From Pasteurellaceae bacterium 15-036681 (GTDB lineage: Bacteria; Pseudomonadota; Gammaproteobacteria; Enterobacterales; Pasteurellaceae): a DNA stretch of 24,000 nucleotides. Below, in pieces: positions 1 to 10,677 of this stretch. Positions within the stretch are counted from its first letter, which is position 1. The number at the start of each line of letters is the position of its first letter. The position numbers were made by a program, and so were the translations under genes. The DNA lies in NCBI GenBank assembly GCA_002002485.1, contig MQVI01000016.1:1-24000 (forward strand), given 5' to 3'. A model generated the notes under the pieces. It was not told the DNA's origin. It ran no database searches and was given only the letters and a program-made list of their open reading frames with translations.

Positions 1-144
1 CATTCCAGATCTTAATAGGATCTAATTTCTTTTGAAGGGTAAAAGTCTTATTACAAAGATTGCATTTATAGCGTTGAATATTATTTCGAACGCCATATTT
101 GCGAATATTAGATTTTTGGCAGAAAGGGCAAGTTTTTTGTTCAT
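1..144 (-). mobile_element. IS-type transposase 5' fragment with an N-terminal CxxC...CxxC zinc ribbon. The frame is broken at an A6 run and the gene continues beyond the window start.
   Basis: The minus-strand frame from 133 down to 1 reads TCPFCQKSNIRKYGVRNNIQRYKCNLCNKTFTLQKKLDPIKIWN. This is the CPxC...QRYxCxxCxKTF pattern typical of IS1/IS1595-type transposase zinc ribbons. That frame has no start codon. The only nearby ATG (144..142, ATG AAC AAA AAA CTT) is offset by one nucleotide, and one extra A in the A6 run (133..138) would give MNKKTCPFCQ... Confidence 0.5.
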
Positions 145-148
145 TTTC

Positions 149-188
149 AAAAAATCACGGTAAAGCTTGTAATATAAGGCTTTACCGC
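149..188 (-). terminator. Perfect 9-bp hairpin followed by T6, directly upstream of the transposase ATG. Possibly a read-through insulator.
   Basis: Arms cggtaaagc (158..166) and gctttaccg (180..188) are exact reverse complements. On the minus strand the stem is followed by TGATTTTTTG. Confidence 0.4.
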
Positions 189-232
189 AATTTTTAGCAA
201 CCATTTTGTCTATTATGCCGGATTTATGTTAG

Positions 233-256
233 AAAGGGCACTGGTAAGTGCCCTTT
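233..256 (-). terminator. Hairpin terminator downstream of dppF, potentially bidirectional.
   Basis: Stem is aaagggcac (233..241) / gtgcccttt (248..256), 9 bp with a 6-nt loop, lying 7 nt after the dppF stop. T residues follow on both strands. Confidence 0.6.
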
Positions 257-262
257 TGGTCA

Positions 263-1243
263 TTAATTAATATTAAAACACGCAATCTGTGCGCCGTCTG
301 GGTACGTTTTCAGTTCAGGGCGTTCAATATGGCACTGATCTGTCGCAAAACGACAGCGAGCGTGGAATGCACAACCACGTGGCGGATTTAATGGGCTTGG
401 GAGTTCGCCCGTTAATTTAATGCGCTCACGGCGGTGCTCTGGCTCTAAGCGTGGTGTTGCTGAAAGTAACGCCTGTGTATAAGGATGGCGCGGATTACCA
501 AAAATCGTTTTGGTATCGCCTTTCTCAACACAACGGCCTAAATACATTACCATTACTTCATCGGCAATATGCTCAACCACTGAAAGATCATGCGAGATAA
601 ACACATAAGATAATCCCATCTCATCTTGTAGATCCATCATTAAGTTTAACACCTGTGCACGAACTGATACGTCTAGCGCTGATACGGGTTCATCGGCCAC
701 TACAATATCAGGGCGTAACATTAAACCACGCGCAATCGCAATACGCTGACGCTGACCGCCCGAGAACATATGTGGATAGCGATCATAAAACTCTGGTTTT
801 AAGCCCACTTTTGCCATCATCTCCAATACCTGCTCTTTGCGCTCTTTGGCAGAAAGCTCTGTATTGATTAACAACGGTTCTTCTAAAATCGCTCCCACTT
901 TTTTACGTGGATTTAATGAACCATAAGGGTTTTGGAATACAATCTGAATTTTCTTACGGCGTAATTTTGCCGTTTCAGGATCGTTTTCTAAAAAGTTTTG
1001 ACCATTGTAGTAAAGTTCGCCTTCCGTTGGGGGTTCAATCATTGTGAGCATACGCCCAAGTGTTGATTTTCCACAGCCTGATTCGCCAACGATAGCCAGC
1101 GTTTTACCTCGTTCAAGGGTAAATGAAACGCCGTCCACTGCTTTAACCAAACGTGGTTTAGCGAACATTCCTTTTTTAACGGGATAGTATTTTTTTAAGT
1201 TCACCGCATCTAAAAGCGGTGCGTTTTTCGGATTATTTTGCAT
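263..1243 (-). CDS. dppF: Dipeptide ABC transporter ATP-binding protein DppF
   Basis: 326-aa ORF with Walker A GESGCGKST, signature FSGGQRQR, Walker B VVADEP and the C-terminal Cys-containing oligopeptide-ABC extension. It is last in a dppABCDF-ordered operon, and its start lies 1 nt after the dppD stop. Confidence 0.9.
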   Translation of the reverse strand: MQNNPKNAPLLDAVNLKKYYPVKKGMFAKPRLVKAVDGVSFTLERGKTLAIVGESGCGKSTLGRMLTMIEPPTEGELYYNGQNFLENDPETAKLRRKKIQIVFQNPYGSLNPRKKVGAILEEPLLINTELSAKERKEQVLEMMAKVGLKPEFYDRYPHMFSGGQRQRIAIARGLMLRPDIVVADEPVSALDVSVRAQVLNLMMDLQDEMGLSYVFISHDLSVVEHIADEVMVMYLGRCVEKGDTKTIFGNPRHPYTQALLSATPRLEPEHRRERIKLTGELPSPLNPPRGCAFHARCRFATDQCHIERPELKTYPDGAQIACFNIN

Positions 1244-1244
1244 A

Positions 1245-2213
1245 TTATAAAATCTCGCCTAATGGGAAATGACATTTCACTTGTCTGCCATTGATTTCTC
1301 GCATTTCTGGTTCTTGGCTACGGCATAGATCCGTTGCATACGGACAGCGCGGATTGAGCAAACAACCTTGTGGACGGTCGTATTTCCCCGGAACCACACC
1401 CGATAGCGACTGTAAGCGAGATTTCCCTTCCGCAAATTCTGGTAAGGCTTTTAACAACGCTTCAGTATAAGGATGAAGGGGCGATTTAAAAATCTGCTCC
1501 GCTTTGCCTTCTTCCACAACCTGCCCTGCATACATTACGATAATGCGATGAGCCGACTCCGCCACTAACGCAAGGTCGTGAGTGATCAGAATTAATGCCA
1601 TATTCTCTTTGCGTTGTAACTCTAATAGTAGGTCGATAATCTGCGCTTGAATAGTTACGTCTAACGCGGTTGTCGGTTCATCAGCAATTAACAGTTTTGG
1701 ATTACAAGCAATTGCCATTGCAATCATCACACGTTGGCTCATACCGCCAGAAAGCTGATGTGGATACACATCTAAACGCGACTCTGGATCCGGAATCCCA
1801 ACCATCGTTAATAGCTCAATCGCACGCTCTCTACGGCTTGATTTTGAACCGCCTTGATGTACTTTGAGCGCTTCCATAATTTGATAGCCAACGGTATAGC
1901 TTGGGTTTAAGCTCGTCATTGCGTCTTGGAAAATCATTGAGACATCAGCCCCGACAATTTTCTGCTTTTCTTTCGGTTTTAAGGCTAATAAGTCATGATT
2001 ATCAAAGTGTAATGCATTTGCCATTACACGTCCCGGATAATCAATTAAGCCCATAATTGCTAGGGAGCTTACCGATTTGCCTGAACCTGATTCGCCAACA
2101 ATACCTAATACTTCGCCTTCATTAATGGTATAGCTAATACGATCTACCGCTTTAAATGGCGCTTTTTGATCGCCAAAATGAACAGAGAGTTCTTTAACTT
2201 CTAATAATGCCAT
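1245..2213 (-). CDS. dppD: Dipeptide ABC transporter ATP-binding protein DppD
   Basis: 322-aa ORF that aligns along its full length with remembered E. coli DppD (MALL.V..LSVHFGD...[26 protein letters not shown]...[17 protein letters not shown]). GGAG lies 5 nt upstream of the ATG. Confidence 0.9.
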   Translation of the reverse strand: MALLEVKELSVHFGDQKAPFKAVDRISYTINEGEVLGIVGESGSGKSVSSLAIMGLIDYPGRVMANALHFDNHDLLALKPKEKQKIVGADVSMIFQDAMTSLNPSYTVGYQIMEALKVHQGGSKSSRRERAIELLTMVGIPDPESRLDVYPHQLSGGMSQRVMIAMAIACNPKLLIADEPTTALDVTIQAQIIDLLLELQRKENMALILITHDLALVAESAHRIIVMYAGQVVEEGKAEQIFKSPLHPYTEALLKALPEFAEGKSRLQSLSGVVPGKYDRPQGCLLNPRCPYATDLCRSQEPEMREINGRQVKCHFPLGEIL

Positions 2214-2222
2214 CGGATTCTC

Positions 2223-3113
2223 CTACTGTTTTAATTTTGGATCTAAAGCGTCGCGTAAGCCATCACCCATTAAGTTGAAAGCTAACACAAGAGATAAAAT
2301 AGCTAAACCCGGAATGGTTACTAACCAGTTTGCTGAACGCATAAAGCCACGTGACTCAGCAAGCATTGTACCTAATTCTGGTGTCGGTGGCTGTGCACCA
2401 ATCCCTAAGAAACCTAAGGCTGCAAGTTCTAAAATTGCATTTGAGATACCCATTGTCATTTGCACGATTAACGGTGCTAAACAGTTAGGTAAAATTACAA
2501 TAAACATTAAACGCCATACGTTTGCACCCGCAACACGTGAAGCAGTTACGTAATCTCGACTTTTTTCACTTAATACCGATGCACGAGTTAAACGTACGTA
2601 ACTCGGAATTGAAACCACTGCGATAGCAATTGCGGCGTTAATCAGCGATGGGCCTAAAATGGTTACTACCCCGATAGTTAATAGCAGGCTTGGGATCGCA
2701 AGCATAATATCCACAAAGCGCATAATCACAATATCAAGAGTACCGCCGTAATAGCCGGCTAATAGGCCTAAAATAATGCCTAATACACAAGACATTACCA
2801 CGATCAGCATACCAATAAAGATTGATAAACGTGCGCCATAAATGATACGAGAAAGAATATCACGACCGATATCGTCCGTACCTAAGATATGTGCCGATTG
2901 ACCGCCTTCCATCCACATTGGTGGAAGTAAAAGAGCTGAACGATTTTGTGCAATAGGATCAAAAGGTGCAACAAAATCAGCAAAGATACAGGCAAACGCA
3001 ACTACGACAATAAATGCAAGACCAACTACAGCGCCTTTATTTTGGCGGAAGTAGTGCCAAAACTCCTGCATTGGCGTAAGCGGTTTTGGTGCTGTTACTT
3101 GTTGATTAGACAT
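2223..3113 (-). CDS. dppC: Dipeptide ABC transporter permease DppC. Start moved to the internal Met, giving 296 aa.
   Basis: The sequence from MSNQQVTAPKPLTPMQEFWHYFRQNKGAVVGL matches the E. coli DppC N-terminus, and the C-terminus NLMGDGLRDALDPKLKQ is identical in style. ATG 3113..3111 is preceded by GGAG (GTTGGAGTAATAAATTAATG). The 27 codons upstream in the ORF track cross a structured spacer. Confidence 0.85.
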   Translation of the reverse strand: MSNQQVTAPKPLTPMQEFWHYFRQNKGAVVGLAFIVVVAFACIFADFVAPFDPIAQNRSALLLPPMWMEGGQSAHILGTDDIGRDILSRIIYGARLSIFIGMLIVVMSCVLGIILGLLAGYYGGTLDIVIMRFVDIMLAIPSLLLTIGVVTILGPSLINAAIAIAVVSIPSYVRLTRASVLSEKSRDYVTASRVAGANVWRLMFIVILPNCLAPLIVQMTMGISNAILELAALGFLGIGAQPPTPELGTMLAESRGFMRSANWLVTIPGLAILSLVLAFNLMGDGLRDALDPKLKQ

Positions 3114-3162
3114 TAATTTATTACTCCAACATTTTTTATAATTTTTTAACAAAACGATCGCT

Positions 3163-3233
3163 GAGCTGGTCGAAGCGTGAGTTTTGTTATTCAAATTCTA
3201 TGCTTTATGCTTCATTGCTTCGACAGGCTCAGC
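3163..3233. repeat. Long imperfect dyad in the unusually long dppB-dppC spacer
   Basis: gctgagctggtcgaagc (3163..3179) pairs with gcttcgacaggctcagc (3217..3233). The stems are 7 bp and 8 bp around a 2-nt internal mismatch, with a loop of about 37 nt. A nested 6-bp hairpin GCTTCG...CGAAGC uses 3217..3222 and 3236..3241. Confidence 0.45.
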
Positions 3234-3246
3234 AACCGAAGCTAGA

Positions 3247-4251
3247 TTAAGTATGACGAATACGTGGGTTTACTACACCGTATAATAGATCAACGGTTAA
3301 ATTCACCACAATAATAATAGTTGCGATAATTAACACAGAGCCTTGTAATACAGGGTAATCACGAGAGTTAATCGCATCAATAATCCACTTACCGATACCC
3401 GGCCACGAGAAGATATTCTCCGTTAATACCGCACCAGAAAGTAGTTGCCCCACAATTAAACCCACCACTGTTACTACAGGAATTAACGCATTACGTAGTG
3501 CGTGAACAATCACAATACGAGTAGTATTTAAGCCTTTTGCTTTAGCGGTACGGATATAGTCTTCACCTAAAACCTCAAGCATTGATGAGCGGGTCATACG
3601 AGTAATAATCGCAAGGGGAATAGTCCCTAATACAATCGCAGGTAACACCAACGATTTAATTGCCCCTACAAATGCCCCCGGTTCATCAGATCGCCATGTA
3701 TCAATCAGCATAAAGCCGGTATCTGCTTCAATCCAAAATTCCGCAGGCAGACGGCCCGAGGCAGGCAAGCCTAATGGCGTTGAAAGGTATAAAATTAAAA
3801 TTAAGCCCCACCAGAAAATTGGCATTGAATACCCCGTCAGCGAGATAGACGAAATCGCATGAGAAATCCACGACTCTTTTTTCACTGCCGCAATGACCCC
3901 AAAGATAATCCCCGCAATCAACGACCAAAGCAACGCAAAGAACGCTAGCTCAACAGTTGCTGGGAATAGGGTGAAAAATTCTTTAAGAACAGGTTCATTG
4001 TTACGGAATGAATTACCAAGATCACCTTGGAAAATCCCTTTAATATAACTGAAATACTGTTCATGTAATGGTAAGTCTAAGCCCAATTGAGCCATCATCT
4101 GAGCATGAACTTCGGGTGAAAGCCCGCGTTCGCCCATACGAATTTCAATCGGATCCCCCGGAATTAAATGCACTAAGGCAAAAGTAATTAAGGTTATCGC
4201 CAAGAATGTTGGGATAACCATTAATATACGTTTAAGAATAAATTGAAACAT
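3247..4251 (-). CDS. dppB: Dipeptide ABC transporter permease DppB
   Basis: 334-aa ORF collinear with remembered E. coli DppB (M.QFIL.R......PTF..ITL.TFA.VH.IPGDP...; ...TRMTRSSMLEVLGEDYIRTA.AKGL...VVNPRIRH). Confidence 0.9.
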   Translation of the reverse strand: MFQFILKRILMVIPTFLAITLITFALVHLIPGDPIEIRMGERGLSPEVHAQMMAQLGLDLPLHEQYFSYIKGIFQGDLGNSFRNNEPVLKEFFTLFPATVELAFFALLWSLIAGIIFGVIAAVKKESWISHAISSISLTGYSMPIFWWGLILILYLSTPLGLPASGRLPAEFWIEADTGFMLIDTWRSDEPGAFVGAIKSLVLPAIVLGTIPLAIITRMTRSSMLEVLGEDYIRTAKAKGLNTTRIVIVHALRNALIPVVTVVGLIVGQLLSGAVLTENIFSWPGIGKWIIDAINSRDYPVLQGSVLIIATIIIVVNLTVDLLYGVVNPRIRHT

Positions 4252-4295
4252 GGGTAATCTCTGTTTTTATTAAAGAAAGCGGATAGATTGGTAAA

Positions 4296-4311
4296 CAATT
4301 TTGCAAAATTG
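4296..4311. promoter_or_regulatory. Perfect 16-bp palindrome CAATTTTGCAAAATTG between dppA and dppB; function unknown.
   Basis: The sequence is exactly self-complementary and lies 45-60 nt upstream of the dppB ATG. It matches no regulator consensus that I recognise. Confidence 0.3.
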
Positions 4312-4335
4312 CTTAACGATCTGACCGCTAGATAA

Positions 4336-4371
4336 AAATCCCCCCTAAATCCCCCCTTTTTCAAAGGGGGG
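4336..4371 (-). terminator. GC-run hairpin after dppA, probably an intra-operon attenuator or terminator. Member of a G/C-run dyad repeat family.
   Basis: Minus strand reads CCCCCCTTT-GAA-AAAGGGGGG (4371..4351) followed by ATTTAGGGGGGATTTTTATC. The second G6 run can alternatively pair with the C6 arm and is followed by T5. The hairpin starts 15 nt after the dppA stop. Confidence 0.6.
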
Positions 4372-4386
4372 ACTTGTTCAGGAAGA

Positions 4387-5979
4387 TTATTCTAAATCAA
4401 CTTTATAGAAATTATGTAAACCAAATGGGCTTACAATATAACCTTTTACTTCCTTACGCAGAGGGAAGTAAGTCGTTGAGTGAGCGATATTAATCCACGG
4501 CGCTTGTTCATTTGCAATGACCTGTGCTTGTTTATAAAGCTCAGTACGTTTTGCAACATCATTTTCTTGAACCGCTTGTAGAATTAAATCATTGAATGGT
4601 TTGTAGCAGAATTTCGCATAGTTAGAACCTTGCTCAACCGCTGCACAACTTAATAAGGTATTTAAGAAGTTATCTGGGTCACCATTGTCGCCAGTCCAAC
4701 CCATCATACCTGTTTGGTGATCACCCGCACGCATACGTTTGATATATTCACCCCATTCGTAGCTAACGATTTTCGCATTTACGCCCACTTTTTTCCAGTC
4801 TTCTTGGATAAGTTCAGCCATACGACGTGCATTTGGGTTATACGGACGAGATACAGGCATTGCCCACAAGTCTGTTTCGAAACCATTTTCAAAGCCTGCT
4901 TCTTTTAATAACGCTTTCGCTTTTTCTGGGTTGTAGTCGTAATCTTTGATGTCATCATTATAAGACCACATTGTTGGCGGAATAGGGTTTTTCGCTACTT
5001 GGCCTGCACCTTGATATACCGCTTCTAAAATCGCCTGTTTATTTACTGCGTGGCTTAATGCTTGACGCACTTTCACATTATCAAAAGGCGCTTTTTGTAC
5101 GTTGAAGTTTACATAACCGATATTTAAGCCTGGTTTTTCTTGAACAACAAGTGCTGGATTTGCTTTAATTTTTGCCACATCCGCAGGGTTTGGATACGGC
5201 ATTGCGTGACATTCGCCTTTCTCTAATTTCGCTAAACGCACAGACGCATCAGGCGTGATTGAGAATACTAAGCGGTCGATTTTCGCCTTGCCTTCCCAAT
5301 ATTCATCAAAGGCTTTATAACGAATTGTTGAGTCTTTTTGGTAATCTACAAATTGGAATGGACCGGTACCAATAGGGTTGTTATCGAGTTTTTCTGGCGT
5401 GCCCACTTTTAACATTTTATCTGCATATTCCGCTGGTAAAATTGCGGCGAAGTCCATTGCAATATTCGCTAAGAACGGCGCATTTGGTACTTTTAAGATA
5501 AATTTAACCGTGTAATCATCTACTTTCTCTACACGATCGATAATGTTTTGCATATCCATACCTTCAAAGTATTCATACACACCACCTGATACTTTGTGAT
5601 ATGGGTGATTTTTATCTAACTGACGATTGATAGAGAAAAGTACGTCATCTGCGTTGAAATCACGAGTTGGCTTGAATTCTTTATTTGAGTGGAATTTCAC
5701 ACCTTTACGTAAGTGGAAAGTATACTCTTTACCATCTTCTGAAATATCCCATTTTTCTGCAAGAGCTGGGATTACCTTTGTTTCACCCTCTTCGAAAGTT
5801 GTTAAGGTATTAAACATTGTACGACCAGAAGCATCCAAAGTTGCACCATCAACCCCTAATTGTGGGTTGAAGTAAGACGGCGAGGCTTCTAAACAGTAAA
5901 CGAAAGTTTTAGGCGCAGCCATCGCTGAACCTGAAACCACTGCTAATGCAATTAAAGAGAGTTTTGCTAGTTTTTTCAT
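4387..5979 (-). CDS. dppA: Periplasmic dipeptide-binding protein DppA. Start moved to the internal Met, giving 530 aa.
   Basis: Collinear with remembered E. coli DppA (e.g. KWEVSEDGKTYTFHLRKGVK.H.NKEFKPTR..NADDV.FS; WAMPV.RPYNPNARRMAE.IQ.DW.KVGV.AKIV.YEWGEY.KR; GWTGDNGDPDNF). MKKLAKLSLIALAVVSGSAMA/AP is a type I signal peptide. ATG 5979..5977 is preceded by GGAG (CTGGAGTGAAATAATG). Confidence 0.85.
   Translation of the reverse strand: MKKLAKLSLIALAVVSGSAMAAPKTFVYCLEASPSYFNPQLGVDGATLDASGRTMFNTLTTFEEGETKVIPALAEKWDISEDGKEYTFHLRKGVKFHSNKEFKPTRDFNADDVLFSINRQLDKNHPYHKVSGGVYEYFEGMDMQNIIDRVEKVDDYTVKFILKVPNAPFLANIAMDFAAILPAEYADKMLKVGTPEKLDNNPIGTGPFQFVDYQKDSTIRYKAFDEYWEGKAKIDRLVFSITPDASVRLAKLEKGECHAMPYPNPADVAKIKANPALVVQEKPGLNIGYVNFNVQKAPFDNVKVRQALSHAVNKQAILEAVYQGAGQVAKNPIPPTMWSYNDDIKDYDYNPEKAKALLKEAGFENGFETDLWAMPVSRPYNPNARRMAELIQEDWKKVGVNAKIVSYEWGEYIKRMRAGDHQTGMMGWTGDNGDPDNFLNTLLSCAAVEQGSNYAKFCYKPFNDLILQAVQENDVAKRTELYKQAQVIANEQAPWINIAHSTTYFPLRKEVKGYIVSPFGLHNFYKVDLE
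4570..4579 (-). repeat. Uptake-signal-sequence-like 9-mer ACAAGCGGT (10th base T)
   Basis: Plus strand a-accgcttgt, reverse complement ACAAGCGGTT. This matches the Actinobacillus/Mannheimia-type USS core as I remember it. Confidence 0.4.
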
Positions 5980-5990
5980 TATTTCACTCC

Positions 5991-6024
5991 AGTTAAAAAG
6001 AAAGGTAGCAGAAACATTGCTACC
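5991..6024 (-). terminator. Rho-independent terminator after lacZ, lying inside the dppA 5' leader
   Basis: Minus strand reads GGTAGCA-ATGTTTC-TGCTACC (6024..6004) followed by TTTCTTTTTAAC. The U-tract abuts the dppA Shine-Dalgarno. Confidence 0.65.
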
Positions 6025-6042
6025 TGTTGTGTTGCAAATTTG

Positions 6043-6070
6043 AATATACAACTTTTTTTATGAATCGCAA
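6043..6070 (-). promoter_or_regulatory. Candidate sigma70 promoter for dppA
   Basis: Minus strand TTGCGA (6070..6065), 16 nt, TATATT (6048..6043). The predicted transcript starts near 6036 and includes GCAACACAACA and the hairpin above. Confidence 0.4.
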
Positions 6071-6078
6071 TAGATTTT

Positions 6079-10372
<4,294 letters not shown>

Positions 10373-10404
10373 AGGATATACCTTCTGAAAATGAATTTTG
10401 CGGA

Positions 10405-10433
10405 AGTGTAATCCTCTGTTTTGGTAGAAACAA
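10405..10433 (-). promoter_or_regulatory. Candidate lacY promoter
   Basis: Minus strand TTGTTT (10433..10428), 17 nt, TACACT (10410..10405). An alternative -10, TAACAT (10442..10437), lies inside the palindrome listed next. I cannot decide between them from sequence alone. Confidence 0.35.
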
Positions 10434-10436
10434 GTG

Positions 10437-10451
10437 ATGTTAGCTTAACAT
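10437..10451. promoter_or_regulatory. Operator-like palindrome ATGTTA-GCT-TAACAT upstream of lacY
   Basis: Perfect 6-bp arms around a 3-nt spacer. The left part, TGTTAGCT, is identical to the reverse complement of the site in the regulator promoter (11301..11313). Confidence 0.35.
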
Positions 10452-10456
10452 TTTAG

Positions 10457-10478
10457 AAGTGTGAGTTGGGTCACGTTG
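10457..10478. promoter_or_regulatory. CRP (cAMP receptor protein) binding site candidate
   Basis: aagTGTGAgttgggTCACgttg against consensus aaaTGTGAtctagaTCACAttt. One half-site is perfect, the other matches 4 of 5, and the 6-nt spacer is correct. The centre is about 70 nt upstream of the TSS predicted from the TACACT -10. Confidence 0.55.
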
Positions 10479-10495
10479 GGGGATTGTTATAAGTA

Positions 10496-10529
10496 AAAAC
10501 GGATAGGGTTGGTTAAGCCTATCCGTTTT
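10496..10529 (-). terminator. Strong rho-independent terminator closing the orphan cassette and insulating lacY
   Basis: Perfect 12-bp stem aaaacggatagg (10496..10507) / cctatccgtttt (10518..10529) with a 10-nt loop. The minus strand ends CCGTTTTTAC. The hairpin starts 7 nt after the stop of the 45-aa ORF. Confidence 0.8.
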
Positions 10530-10536
10530 ATAGAAA

Positions 10537-10674
10537 TTATTTTTTTAAATCTGGAAGAGTAACGACAAAACTTTTGATCTTGTTTTCACGAATCCCTTTT
10601 AAAATGGCATTACGTGTTCTAATTCTATTCATCTTTTTAAATTCAATCGCATTCTTTGGTTTTTGCTCTGCCAT
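10537..10674 (-). CDS. Small basic protein, 45 aa (MAEQKPKNAIEFKKMNRIRTRNAILKGIRENKIKSFVVTLPDLKK); unknown function; absent from the ORF track.
   Basis: ATG 10674..10672 lies 3 nt after the stop of the 163-aa ORF. It is preceded by AGGAG with 6-nt spacing (CAGGAGTAATATATG) and followed by TAA and the terminator. Composition is 13 K/R against 4 D/E. Confidence 0.6.
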   Translation of the reverse strand: MAEQKPKNAIEFKKMNRIRTRNAILKGIRENKIKSFVVTLPDLKK

Positions 10675-10677
10675 ATA

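Noticed and set aside
133-144. Programmed -1 ribosomal frameshift at AAC AAA AAA as the mechanism joining the ATG to the zinc-ribbon frame
   Set aside because: The slip would have to occur at codon 4 and has no downstream stimulatory structure that I can see. The P-site re-pairing (AAA to CAA) is poor. A pseudogene, a homopolymer length error or transcriptional slippage are at least as likely, so I report it only as an open question.
22-204. 60-aa minus-strand ORF from the track (MVAKNCGKALYYKLYRDF...)
   Set aside because: It reads through a 9-bp hairpin/T-run. Its downstream two-thirds is the wrong frame of a clear zinc-ribbon transposase sequence. It has no SD and a low-complexity composition. 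The region is better explained as a frame-broken IS transposase 5' end.
3114-3194. 27-codon N-terminal extension of dppC in the ORF track
   Set aside because: The extension has no similarity to DppC and crosses the structured spacer. The internal Met at 3113 has a GGAG SD and reproduces the E. coli DppC N-terminus and length.
5980-6051. 24-codon N-terminal extension of dppA (MYIQICNTTGSNVSATFLFNWSEI)
   Set aside because: It would read through the lacZ terminator hairpin. The internal Met at 5979 has an SD and starts a canonical signal peptide.
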